64,000 nucleotides of DNA from Octopus bimaculoides (taxonomy: Eukaryota). The stretch covers positions 111,595,507 through 111,659,506 of the forward strand of contig NC_068986.1 of the NCBI RefSeq assembly GCF_001194135.2, read 5' to 3'. Position numbers and translations under genes: made by a program. Below the pieces are notes generated by a model. That model did not search any database and was not told the origin of the DNA. It saw only the letters and a list, made by a program, of their open reading frames with translations. This document shows positions 52,640 to 64,000 of this stretch, one piece after another (positions within the stretch are counted from its first letter, which is position 1; every line of letters starts with the position of its first letter).

Positions 52640-52800
52640 TATACAAATAATAACAACAGACGAGGACAGGTGGTGTAAATAACAAAAGTATATATTAGTA
52701 TGACGCTCGGGAATACGGAAAGTCTTTGACGTTTCGAGCTACGCTCTTCAACAGAAAGAATACGGAGACAAGGAGAAAAACACGGAGAAAAAAAATTGAA
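52640..52800 (-). mobile_element. Penelope-like family B terminal repeat
   Basis: Contains the hammerhead below, followed by a U-rich tail on the minus strand. Confidence 0.55.
52723..52759 (-). ncRNA. Minimal hammerhead variant (core CUGUUGA)
   Basis: UCUUU CUGUUGA A GAGC gua GCUC GAAAC GUC AAAGA: 5-bp stem I, 4-bp stem II, palindromic ACGU stem III, GUC cleavage triplet. Confidence 0.7.
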
Positions 52801-53037
52801 TANNNNNNNNNNNNNNNNNNNNNNNNNNNNNNNNNNNNNNNNNNNNNNNNNNNNNNNNNNNNNNNNNNNNNNNNNNNNNNNNNNNNNNNNNNNNNNNNNN
52901 NNNNNNNNNNNNNNNNNNNNNNNNNNNNNNNNNNNNNNNNNNNNNNNNNNNNNNNNNNNNNNNNNNNNNNNNNNATATATATATATATAATGCATTACGA
53001 AGGATATATAATAAATAATTAATAATTACATTCTTTA

Positions 53038-53119
53038 TATTATTTACATTTGACGGAAATTTGTCCCCATTTTGTTTATTGTTAACACGACATTTCGGCG
53101 GATATACCCTCCAGCCTTC
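53038..53119 (-). mobile_element. Penelope-like family A terminal fragment (hammerhead 3' part plus tail)
   Basis: Minus strand reads GAAGGCTGGAGGGTATATCCGCCGAAATGTCGTGTTAACAAT..CCGTCAAATGTAAATAAT, matching 34845-34890 and 40340-40393. Confidence 0.85.
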
Positions 53120-53149
53120 TGCCACAAAACCCTCTGTTTCCTCCGAGGA

Positions 53150-53330
53150 TTATTTGCCACCTGTTTTACGATCAGATGATCTACACTACTCTGTTCTCTT
53201 CTTACAAGTCTTCCCCTGATGAATCTTCAAGCCTCTCTGGGTTGCAAAGGCCGTACAGTACAGCTTGCACCCAGAGTTGTTTGCGCTTCGTTCGCTGTTC
53301 GAAGGAATAGCCGTATATATGTCCAAGGTC
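53150..53330 (-). mobile_element. Possible N-terminal zinc finger of a REL-type (HERO/R2-group) non-LTR element
   Basis: CKLYCTAFATQRGLKIHQGKTC resembles the CxxCxKxFxxxRGLKIHxxKxC finger. Confidence 0.45.
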
Positions 53331-53462
53331 ATTTCCGTGTAAGGGAAGGGGAACCAAGAAGGAAGAAGTGGTGCAAAATCGAGAAGACGAAAGTTAAGAA
53401 GAAGGAGAAATATGTGTGTGTGTGAGTGTGTGCATGCGTGTGTCTGTGAGTAAATAACATAT

Positions 53463-53513
<51 letters not shown>

Positions 53514-53922
53514 GGTGAGTGATCCATGTACAATAGAAAGAAAACAAACTCACATAAGTTATTATATATAGTGTATAATCTTATATTTAGCTTCAGATTC
53601 CTTACGCCTATACTCTTGAACACAGTGATGTATGGACTGTTATTAACTTTCTTTTTAATATATCACGTATTTATTCGGTATAGTATCCTTATTCTCCTAC
53701 ATGATTAAACACACACCAAATACGTTAGATTCATTTCAACATTTAAATTTAATTTGTCAAAATATTTCCGTCTCTTTGAGACCGCGACCTATTCACTGAC
53801 AAAATTCCATGCTGCATATATACATACATATAAATATAAATCTCTGTGTGTGTGTATGTATATATATATGTATATACATAGACATGCATGCATAAATACA
53901 CACGGGGGTGTANNNNNNNNNN

Positions 53923-53955
<33 letters not shown>

Positions 53956-55244
53956 ATATATATGTATATACATAGACATGCATGCATAAATACACACGGG
54001 GGTGTACACATACACACACACATTTATGTGTTTGGGGCCATATAGGGAAACGGAATTATTACGACATGACTGATTTTGAAGTGACAATTCAAAATAATTC
54101 TATTCTTATTTTAGATGTGAAAATACTTTCTGTGACCGCAATCATTTGACAAATGGTATTATAATAACTACAACTACAACAGCAAAACGAAAGAGTGATA
54201 TAAAAGGAAAACCAGCAAAAATTTATAAATCATTCATGTCATTTATATCAATAGTTGGAACGGTAAATTGATACGTGTATTATCAAGAAATAATTGAGTG
54301 GGGTTTTAGTATATATTTAGACTGATTTGATGCCTGTAGCGTTCATTAAATGAGTCTACACGTCAAAGTTGATCTGTCGCAGTGTGATAAAGAATTAAGA
54401 TCTCTTAATGAAACCTGAAATGGTTTTTCATTACCAGATCTCTCTGTCACCTGCCTTTTAATGACAGATATAGTGGTTGAAGAAAGAGGATTTAGTCTGA
54501 CAAGTGCTGTTAATAGAATCAGATTTATATCGTTGGAGGCATTATGTCTAACATGCCTGCAAAGTGTCTTAGAATATGATTAGAAAGGTTCTGGAGTTTT
54601 GTGTAATTAGAAAACCAATAGGACATCACGCGTTTTTTTTTAGTCATGCGTTTACAGGGTGAACATGCGTATGTACAAGCATGTACACTCTGAGAGTTTC
54701 GTGTATGTAAGATGTGCACAAAAGCACACACATATACGCAGAGGGAGAAAGAGATTTACTCGAACAAATTTAGACAGTCAATTCATGCAATACGGATATT
54801 CTTGTATACACATACGTAGTTATGCATATGTGAATATATACGCATTCACAAATATGTGTGTGCAGGTGCATAAGTGCTTGTATGTGTCTGCATGTGTATG
54901 TTTTAAACATCTATATGTGCATGTATGTAAAATTATATGTCTCGTTATTGGTAATACATCATAACACTTGTGGTGTCATGCTCTTAATATTGTTAACAGC
55001 TACTACTACATCATGTTGCCGTCATCAGATTTTATAAACTTCAAGGGAACATGTTATCGAAATTCGAAAAAAAATATTGGATGAATGGCAGAACGCGTGT
55101 CGTGTATACAGGAGATATACGTTCGAATTCGTTAGGCAGCCTCCGACATTTTCTACTCATAGGGTTTAAACCTACTATTTACACGCTGTTAATTATAGTT
55201 TTTGTTATATCGCAATGGTACACAGTGGTTGTGTGAGCTACGAA

Positions 55245-55257
55245 ATCCTCGTCGCCA
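55245..55257 (-). other. Primer-binding site complementary to the tRNA-Ser(GCU) 3' end
   Basis: Plus-strand ATCCTCGTCGCCA equals the 3' end of animal tRNA-Ser(GCU), ..AUCCUCGUCG-CCA (recalled sequence). It lies 1 nt from the LTR end. Confidence 0.75.
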
Positions 55258-55258
55258 C

Positions 55259-55428
55259 TGTTATATCACACGTGTGGATACCTCCACTCAACTTTCACTT
55301 CCGACGACTCGACTCTACCGGACTCGACGTCTAGTCTACCTACGGCTCCGTCCTGCTCGACGCTTTTCGTCAAGCTATTTAGACGTATTGGACTAGCCTA
55401 CTTATCGCCTGGAGGCATCCACGCAACA
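55259..55428 (-). repeat. 170-bp LTR with TGTT...AACA termini
   Basis: Bounded by the PPT AAAAGGGGGAGG (55429-55440) and the PBS TGGCGACGAGGAT (55245-55257), both on the minus strand. Confidence 0.85.
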
Positions 55429-56114
55429 CCTCCCCCTTTTGAGAGTCTTTAACCCGAATTTATCAATTTTATTTCCTCGGTGAGAAACTGGCATATCTTT
55501 TCCACTTAGCGTTAATTTCAATCATTTCTGTAGATTTTCTCTTCCTGTTCCACCTATGTGTCGGTTCTGCTTTTGCTTGTGGTACTGGGATCTCGAACAA
55601 ATCATACCATAAATTCATTGGTTCTTCTCGCCTCTCTTGGGTTTTGGTATATCTTTTTTTAATTGGTTTAAATGCCTTCTGTGTACATATGCTGATCCTT
55701 TTACCATGTTCATCACGTTACCCAGACTTGTTCCCAGTCCTGTTTTCCGTTTCTATATATTTTAAAATACACTTTCCCACCTGTGTTAAAAAATTTCGTT
55801 TTTCTTCCCGAATTTTCTATTTTCTGTTTCTTGCTCGGCAACCATTTGTCAAAAATAGAACGATTTTTTTCTGGAAAACATCGAACCTGCAGGTGACCTA
55901 CCCGGCGCTCCATTTGGATTCGGTGTTATTCTATACGCCTGCAAAAACTATCTCATATTTGTATATTCAAGGATTTCCCGTCTGGTCTTCCTTAAGGCTC
56001 TCTTGAATGTGTGAATATGTGTCCGTCTGTCTGTCACTGAGGCTTCTCCACAGCTACGTCATATAAACTATAAAATGACTCTCTAATAGGAAGAATTACA
56101 CATATTTTAGGAAC

Positions 56115-56205
<91 letters not shown>

Positions 56206-56701
56206 GAAGAACCAGACATGCACTCACACTCCCACACTCGTATATGCATATTAGTATCTATCTATCTATCCATCTATATGTCAGTCTGCCTGTCTGTCTC
56301 CTTATCTTTCACACTGTCTATCAGTCTATCTATTTACGTGTGTGAGTAAATTTTTATATGTATTATACGCGTGTGTATTAATATATATATGTGCGTGTGT
56401 GTGTGTATGTCCATACACAGACACAAACTTACTAATACATGCATACAAGCATATATATATATATATTTACATACATACATGTATATATTTATGTATGTAT
56501 GTATGTATGTATATATATTATGCAATCAAGTATATATATCTAAGTATCATGAACGACAGCCTATTCGATATTGACTTGTAGCTTTATTATAAAATTGTAT
56601 AAGCGTTGTGAAATATCTGTGTGAAAACACAATAGGTAGCAGAATTTTATCTTCCTATTATACAAGTTTGTTGAAGAACAACAACAGAATTCACATATAA
56701 T

Positions 56702-56736
<35 letters not shown>

Positions 56737-57484
56737 TCTAGCCGTCTTCATTAAATGACTTTACTGAAATATATTCGCATAAATCACCAACACGAGTTAT
56801 TGTTCCTACTTAAAAGACGTCTCTATCAGTTAAAATCACATTTAAGTGCCCGCCAAACATCAAAGAGTAAAACAAAGAATATAAATGGAGGAATTAAATT
56901 CCAACTACTTTTACTAAATATTTATTATAGTTGAAAAGAAATTTTCTTCACAATAGAATCGCTGTATAAATGGTCGTTTTTGACGCCGTTTTAATATTTG
57001 TGTTATCTTCGTGTCCAGAAACAGAACAATACCAAACAATGTGAATGTTAGTTGACGGGCTGGCTAGCTTGTCGGTTGGCTGGTTGAATGTCCGCCTGCT
57101 GGGCTGGCTGACTGGACCACTGGCAGGCTGCTGTGTCCTCTGGTTCGCGTATTGGCTGATGTCATGCTTAAAGCCGGACCTATGAAAAGAGCGCCTATTT
57201 TAAACACTAACTTAAATGGACGGACGCAGAAAACATTTTACTGATAGGTTGTTGTAGTAGTAATAGTAGAATAGATGAATAGTAGAATAGTAGAATAGTA
57301 GAATAGATGGTGGAAGACGAATGACAACAAAGAAGTTAATAGTTGTGGTGTTAGCAGCAGCAGTCGTAGATGTAGCAGCAGCAGTAGCAGTAGTAGTTAA
57401 AGTGGACGCGTGTCATGTTTTTGATAGGTTATATTTGAACCTTGAAACCAAATCGTATCGATAAGATATGTATGGTGTATATTA

Positions 57485-57680
57485 TTTTCTACTCTAGGCA
57501 CAAGGCCCGAAATTTTTGGGGAGGGGCATAGTTTATTAGATCGACACCAGTACGCAACAGGTACTTAATTTGTCGACCTCGAAAGAATAAAAGGCAAAAT
57601 CGACCTCGGCGAAAATTGGAGCTCAGAACACAAAGACAGACGAAATACCGCTAAGCATTTCGCCCGGTATGCTAAAGTTT
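57485..57680 (-). mobile_element. tRNA-derived SINE (core family, GGCCTTGTGCC-type tail)
   Basis: Same core as 40432-40637. Confidence 0.85.
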
Positions 57681-57874
57681 CTTATTTCTTTATTGCCCAC
57701 AAGGGGCTAAACATAGAGGAGACAAACAAGGACAGACAAAAGGATTAGGTCGATTACATCCTCACCAGTGCGTAACTGGTACTGAATTTATCGACCCCCA
57801 AAGGATGAAAGGCAAATCGACCTCTGCGGAAATTGAACTCAAAACATAACGGCAGACGAAATACTGCTAAGCAT
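57681..57874 (-). mobile_element. tRNA-derived SINE (core family, TAAAGAAAT-type tail), adjacent in tandem
   Basis: CTTATTTCTTTATTGCCCACAAGGGGCTAAACATAGAG tail, then the same core. Confidence 0.85.
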
Positions 57875-58019
57875 ATAGCTTTGAAACAATTTCGTATGAC
57901 ACGGTTGTCTGACTTTTCCTTCATTTCTATCTCCTCCTCAGTACGTACGAAACTGAAACTTTGTAGCCCAACCAGACTCTACTGCATTTGTGTAACACTG
58001 TAGTGTTTGTAGATAAGAG

Positions 58020-58365
58020 AATCTTTAGAATTAAGCGTGTACTTCAACAGAAATCAAATTCAGAATTCATGAACGGCTGGTGGCTCGTACATACGCCATT
58101 TACGCAATTCAGGCGCACAACACAAACACTTGACCACATTGCAACACATTTGCTTGTTCTGAACAGGACCGGCTCTATTTCACACTTCCCTAAAAAAATC
58201 AAAGAACAAAGTGATCTTATTACCATCAAAGGTTATCTGGATGAATTTCGTAAAAGAATTCTTGACAAGGCACCGAAAGATGAAGACCACTGGTAAACAA
58301 ATCCCAATTGAATTGCCTATAATACTACAGAACTTGTATCAGATAATGCCATCAAGTTAGAGCAT
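58020..58365 (+). mobile_element. CR1/L2-group LINE 3' fragment
   Basis: EIKFRIHERL and HFPKKIKEQSDLITIKGYLDEFRKRILDKAP resemble LINE C-termini of the form FNxLPxxIKxxxDxxxFKxxLDxFLxxIPD. Confidence 0.5.
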
Positions 58366-58379
58366 ATATATATGTATAT

Positions 58380-59179
58380 AAATTTAAATAATAAGTGTGA
58401 AAATTGAGTATTAATTTAATTAATATGAAAAATGGTTGCGGACAATTACGTAAATAATTTCGTAAGCGGTAACAACGAAACCGATTTGTGACTAATCTTT
58501 GTTTTGTATCTTTTCATTTGTCTTGCTTGCTTACGTTCTGGTGTTTGCTGAATATTCTTGATAACAAGCTTTTCTTAGTGGTCAGATCACAGGTGGTCTT
58601 CTTCTAGCAAAGTGGATGGCCACTTAGTGGTAATCCCACTTATATGTATGTAATATAATTTTTCTGAATCTTCAGATTTTTCAATATGCTGGGCCACTGG
58701 TTTTAAATTGATTTTAATTAAATTAATACTCAATTTTTCACCCTTATTATTTAAATTTGAATAACTATGTTCTCTAACTAGCAAAATTCACCGTAGAGAA
58801 TTTTTTTATGCAGAATTATTTCCGGTAATTGGCGCGCCAAATAAAGACTTTTGAAATATAACCCCAAATGTAATTGGTAGAACTATATGCATGTTCAATC
58901 TCATGCGGACGTTTCGTGTATAGTTCTGCAAATTATATTGCTATGACAATCACACTGAAGAGTTGCGGATAATTACGTAAGTAATTACGTAAGTGGTAAC
59001 AATGAAGCCGATCTGTGATTGATCTTTATATTTTGTATATTCTCATTTGTCTTCCTCGCTTACATTCTGGCGTTTGCTGAATATTCTTGACAACAATCTT
59101 TTCTGAGTGGTCAGACCATAGGTGGACTTCTTCTTGTATAATGTATGTCTACTTAGTGGTCATCCCTCTTATATGTATG

Positions 59180-59181
<2 letters not shown>
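58380..59181. mobile_element. Penelope-like family C mosaic (plus / minus / plus segments)
   Basis: About 220-bp direct repeats at 58435-58655 and 58962-59181; inverted repeat 58380-58422 versus 58714-58758. Minus-strand 58700-58945 reads RPHEIEHAYSSTNYIWG..FCIKKF..NLNNKGE, resembling the PLE GIY-YIG C-terminus STxLSxYIW..CxLC..LLNKRSE. Confidence 0.7.
58947..59021 (+). ncRNA. Degenerate hammerhead ribozyme (family C, long loop II)
   Basis: CAAUCACA CUGAAGA GUUG [loop] CAAU GAAG CCGAUC UGUGAUUG, with a perfect 8-bp stem I. The sister copy at 58473-58490 keeps CAAC GAAAC. Confidence 0.6.
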
Positions 59182-59211
<30 letters not shown>

Positions 59212-59627
59212 NNNNNNNNNNNNNNNNNNNNNNNNNNNNNNNNNNNNNNNNNNNNNNNNNNNNNNNNNNNNNNNNNNNNNNNNNNNNNNNNNNNNNNNNN
59301 NNNNNATATATGGTGTTTGTCTACTCCGTATACAGAGTTTGACGACTTCATGTACCTACACCTTAGCACCATCATGGCATCTAATGTGACTTTTTAAACC
59401 AATGTTCTGAAAAGACAACCACATAGATTGCACCTCTGATTTGGACCACCAAGACCTGCCGGTCAGTTCTGTTCTTATGGATCTTAAAATGTCTTTGAGG
59501 CGTCTGTTGGATTTGCAAGCTTTCTGGCATACACTGTATGTACCTATATCTATACGTGTGTGTGTATATATGCATACATACATGTATATAAACATATTCA
59601 TATATACATGTGTGTACATATACATGC

Positions 59628-59678
<51 letters not shown>

Positions 59679-60615
59679 CATACATGCGTGTGACTATGTA
59701 CATACATACATACACGCGCGCGCGCACGCCCATATAAGAAACAAGCAAAAGTAAAAAAAAGAGGTGTGGAAAAAGATGCCGAAACGTTGCATTCTGCCGG
59801 AAGACTATGATTTTGTAAGTGGCCAGTAGACCTACAAGTTGCTCCCATCGATACTGTTTGCAGATTCTTTAAGTATTTTTCCTTATTAATCACAAGCAAT
59901 ATTGCAGTTTTGTGTTCAATTCCAATATTTATTGAACCCAGCTCTCTTTGTTTTGTTCTCTCTTTTTCTCTCTCACTTTATCCCCCCCCCCCGCTGTCAA
60001 TTCCGATAGGTTAGCTTGTGCATTAAATATATGTATTATATTACTTTTACACTATCTAATCTACTTATGGCTACCTATTTTAACCGAAATTTAATAGTCC
60101 AATTTTATTTTATTTTGTATGTATATTCTTTCTTATACTTCACACAGTGTTTGATAAAACAGAAGCATATTCTTTTGCGTCTCTGTNNNNNNNNNNNNNN
60201 NNNNNNNNNNNNNNNNNNNNNNNNNNNNNNNNNNNNNNNNNNNNNNNNNNNNNNNNNNNNNNNNNNNNNNNNNNNNNNNNNNNNNNNNNNNNNNNNNNNN
60301 NNNNNNNNNNNNNNNNNNNNNNNNNNNNNNNNNNNNNNNNNNNNNNNNNNNNNNNNNNNNNNNNNNNNNNNNNNNNNNNNNNNNNNNNNNNNNNNNNNNN
60401 NNNNNNNNNNNNNNNNNNNNNNNNNNNNNNNNNNNNNNNNNNNNNNNNNNNNNNNNNNNNNNNNNNNNNNNNNNNNNNNNNNNNNNNNNNNNNNNNNNNN
60501 NNNNNNNNNNNNNNNNNNNNNNNNNNNNNNNNNNNNNNNNNNNNNNNNNNNNNNNNNNNNNNNNNNNNNNNNNNNNNNNNNNNNNNNNNNNNNNNNNNNN
60601 NNNNNNNNNNNNNNN

Positions 60616-60650
<35 letters not shown>

Positions 60651-61429
60651 GTATATATATGTATATGTATGTACGTCCGTGTTTAACTGTGTATGTATAT
60701 GTACACTGATACTGTCACGGATGCGCACGCACACATATATAGACGTTTATAGAAATATAAATAAGAAGTATGAAACACCCAACTGACGCCGAAACCATTA
60801 AAACGTAGAATGGCAATGCTGATAGAATATAATGTAAGAAGTATTTTGATGAATTGCTAAATAAAGAGGCAGGTATCTGCATCAAGATATCGGTCCCATC
60901 ATGAATTTGAACTGTTAAACTAAAGAGAGTGGGCGAGACGGAGGGAGATTGAGAGGGGCGACTGAGAAATAAAAAAATAATACAATACACACACTGGCGT
61001 CTTAAAGGAAATAACTATACAATTTATTTTTCATTTGTAGTTAGGGTTATAGTAAAATCTGTGGACGCAACTCTAAGAACAGACTCACACATATATCTAT
61101 ATAAACACAGATGAGAAGATATACGTAGTGATACTTTCACAAACTTGTATCTACACTCTCACCACAAAAGAACCACACACACATTCATATACATAGACCT
61201 TAAGGAATTTATATCGTGTACAGCTGTAAAATGTAACGATTTAAATCGTTATACATCTTGTTCATTTTGAAACCTAAAGGGACTCTATATGTAACGACCT
61301 GAGACAAATGAGTGATGCATCTTCTCTATATTATAACGTGTTACTGCTGTTATATTTAGCCACGTCTCTGTTTATCCTACACCAGACCTGTCTTCTTCTA
61401 TGAAAATATATACTATATCCAGAGGATTG

Positions 61430-61570
61430 GGCCCTCATGTAAAAAGTTCGTTTCCCGATCGTGTTCTCAGTTTTCTCCCACCACAGTGTTCCTTCGGCCA
61501 GAATATTTCTGTTATATACTCAAGTCGAAAGAAGTGAAATTTGGAAGACCAAAGCAGTGCAAATGTCCGG
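61430..61570 (+). mobile_element. Highly degenerate SINE (family of 12815)
   Basis: GTTCGTTTCCC..TCCCACCACAGTGTTCCTTCGGCCAG resembles the SINE head. Confidence 0.35.
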
Positions 61571-62419
61571 GATTTCATTGAATCATTAAAAAAAAAGCGG
61601 CGAGACGTACGACAAACCATATCGTTCTAAGGGTTACGTTAATATTAGGGCTGTCGGTAGAATATTCTATTGTAAGCAGATTCAGAAAGTAACGGTTCAG
61701 TTGAGCATAAAACTAGATTTTTGATAACAGAAAACAATGCTAGATCCTTTGGATTGATACTAAATATGGACTACGAGATGAAAGTATGTCGAAGGATATT
61801 ATGAGTAGGTGATCATTTAACAAGAAAAAAACTATTTAATTTCACATGATATCATGCAAAATTAGTCGAGCGTAGTGCTGTACAAATCAACTAGTTAGCA
61901 GGAAAAGGGTGGTACACACGACATACCTAGCGGTACTGAGATAATAGAAGGGAATATGGAGTATGCTGCCAGATGTTTTAGCGCGAAAATATAGCAACAC
62001 AACAACGCCAACTATCTGAAAGTTCTTTTTTATATACATTTCCTAATGAGGTCGGTCAAAGTATCTAATATGCGAAACGTACGTGTGTGTGTAAATATCT
62101 GTTAATGTGTTTGTCGATGACTGTAGTTATAAGCGGACTATGAAGTTTTAATGAGTTTTCTTCGTAAACTTCATCACACATCTGGTATATGATAAATGTT
62201 TTACTTGTTTCGGAGATAATTGTTTTCCCCAACCATTTGAGATACAATTCAAGATTCAGAATGAATACAGCGCATTCTGATTTCCCTTGTATTTTATAAA
62301 GATTATTGACATATTTATTCTTAATATGTGAAGGCAGTGTATAGCTCAAAATATGCTTCTCGATGTAAACCATGATAGAGGAGAGTAATTTATACAACGA
62401 GAATATGTACAAAACACTC

Positions 62420-62700
62420 GTCTCATCGGCGCAAGGTTTTCTGGGACACCAGTGTTTTCAAAGTGCTGTTTTCGTCAATCAGAAAACAAATTTGTTGCTG
62501 ATTGATATGACATCTCCCAACGGAAGAAAGCAAAATTATTATTTGCATCGCATGGAGTAAGACCTGAAGCAATCCTACATACTTATTCTTAAAACACTCA
62601 AGCAGGTTTGAGCGCGAAAGGTGCTGGTCTTTGTGGTGAAACGTCACAGAAGTACAACTCTCTTTTCCGACGACAGTAAGTTCATAACACACGGGCCTGA
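62420..62700 (+). mobile_element. Possible ancient REL-endonuclease remnant (R4/Dong-like)
   Basis: VFWDTSV and AVFVNQKTNLLLIDMTSP resemble ILWD..PDIV..KxxxCLLIDMxIP. Confidence 0.3.
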
Positions 62701-63247
62701 TTGACGCAACGGATTCTGGGACAGTGGCCTTTCATCATACGTCTAGTCAGCTACAATTACGTGAGCCTATATATTATCAATTTATTATAATTCGTTGGTT
62801 TTATTAGTGACACAACCGTCAACTCAAAAGTTACCGTAAACTTCTGAGGTTCAACTGATGAAACATGAGTATATCGTCAACTTGTAACGTTAAACCAAAT
62901 TAATATATATATCTGTGTGTGCGTGTGCGTGTGCATGCGTGTGCATGTTTTGTTTTAACACGTTTGTGTCACACGACTATGTTTAGAACAATATATGTAT
63001 GTTTACCTCTCATATATATACATATATATAAATGTGTGTGTGTGTGTGTGTGTGTTTGCATGTATATGCATACGTACATATTCATACGTAAATACATCAA
63101 CACATACATATATAAAAACATATATCCATGCATACGTAAATACATGAATACATACATACATACACATGAATACACATATACATAGACAGATAGACAGGCT
63201 GTCATAGAGACAGACCGAGGGACATGCAGTTAGCTAGACAAACAGAA

Positions 63248-63321
63248 AGACAGATAGGCAGAAAGACAAACAGGTAAATAGACAGATAGGCAGAAAGACA
63301 AACAGGTAAATAGACAGATAG
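63248..63321. repeat. 32-bp tandem repeat, 2.3 copies
   Basis: AGACAGATAGGCAGAAAGACAAACAGGTAAAT repeated exactly twice. Confidence 0.9.
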
Positions 63322-63887
63322 ATTAATAGATACGTAAATAGATAGATAGATAGATAGATAGATAGATGGATGGATATAAAATGATTATTTGTAAGTTTCC
63401 GTGATATGGTTTAGAATATACATATATCAGTCGCTACAATTTCAGAAACAAAAGTGCCATGCTACTTCCACTGCAAAATCAATGCAAATTATGGCTGAGA
63501 ATGTAGTAATTTTTCAAAATATATTCATATATTCATATCGGTGACACTGAATGACATAGGCGTATAGTTTGCCCGGATGAGATTACATGTAAAATCCATT
63601 CTAGAGTATATGACATGGAAAACGAAATGACAACTGAAATGTTGCGCAGAAATCAGAGGAATTATATGCAGTGACACACATAGAGAGGTTATATTGTGAA
63701 ATGGTACATGGACGGAAAAAAAACATCCAAATACGCACAAGCGCACACATGCATACACGCACACGCGCGCACGCACACACACAAACACGCGCGCGCTGAT
63801 ATACACACACTTATATATAAGCATATATATATATATATATATATACATATGTATACACATATATATATGTATGTGTATATATATATA

Positions 63888-63918
<31 letters not shown>

Positions 63919-64000
63919 TCATATATATTTATGTATAAGCACATATATGCATGAATGTATATATACATATATATATGTATATATATATATATATATATAT

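Larger units (their letters stand above)
55203..56004 (-). mobile_element. Ty3/Gypsy LTR retrotransposon 3' remnant
   Basis: Integrase C-terminus FLQAYRITPNPNGAPGRSPA..RSIFDKWLP..KVYFKIYRNGKQDWEQ..HRRHLNQLKKRY, then PPT, LTR and PBS. Confidence 0.85.

Noticed and set aside
53853-54006. Exact 60-bp direct repeat on either side of a 10-N gap
   Set aside because: Identical sequence flanking a placeholder gap is most likely an unmerged contig overlap (assembly artefact).
58890-58925. Minus-strand CAC-GAAAC-GUC suggesting another hammerhead
   Set aside because: There is no CUGANGA upstream, and the segment falls within the GIY-YIG-like coding frame.
34563-59181. CRISPR-like arrays or prokaryotic systems
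   Set aside because: No regularly spaced repeat-spacer array or operon-like ORFs exist; the recurrent motifs are SINE and PLE copies.
9794-60786. Long supplied ORFs of 150-395 aa containing X runs, or HT/YI/CV/LS dipeptides and homopolymers
   Set aside because: They are read-through of N gaps and of di- or trinucleotide microsatellites, not genes.

Overview
AT-rich, microsatellite-dense eukaryotic DNA with about 5.7 kb of N gaps. The SINE repertoire suggests an octopus short-read assembly, but that is inference. No host protein-coding gene can be supported: the supplied ORFs are microsatellite or N read-through, or decayed transposon fragments. The window is a dense collection of decayed mobile elements. 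It holds three mariner elements (one full-length, one with a nested Helitron helicase fragment, one ancient), a 3.6 kb R4/Dong-type LINE composite with two tandem restriction-like endonuclease domains and a (TAA)n tail, a Ty3/Gypsy 3' end whose single LTR is flanked by both a PPT and a tRNA-Ser PBS, several RTE and CR1/L2 LINE fragments, at least four tRNA-derived SINE families, and many Penelope-like element (PLE) pieces. The most striking signal is a set of minimal hammerhead ribozymes from at least three PLE families. One family has the layout GIY-YIG ORF end, tRNA-like Pol III module, (AAT)n spacer, hammerhead, tail.
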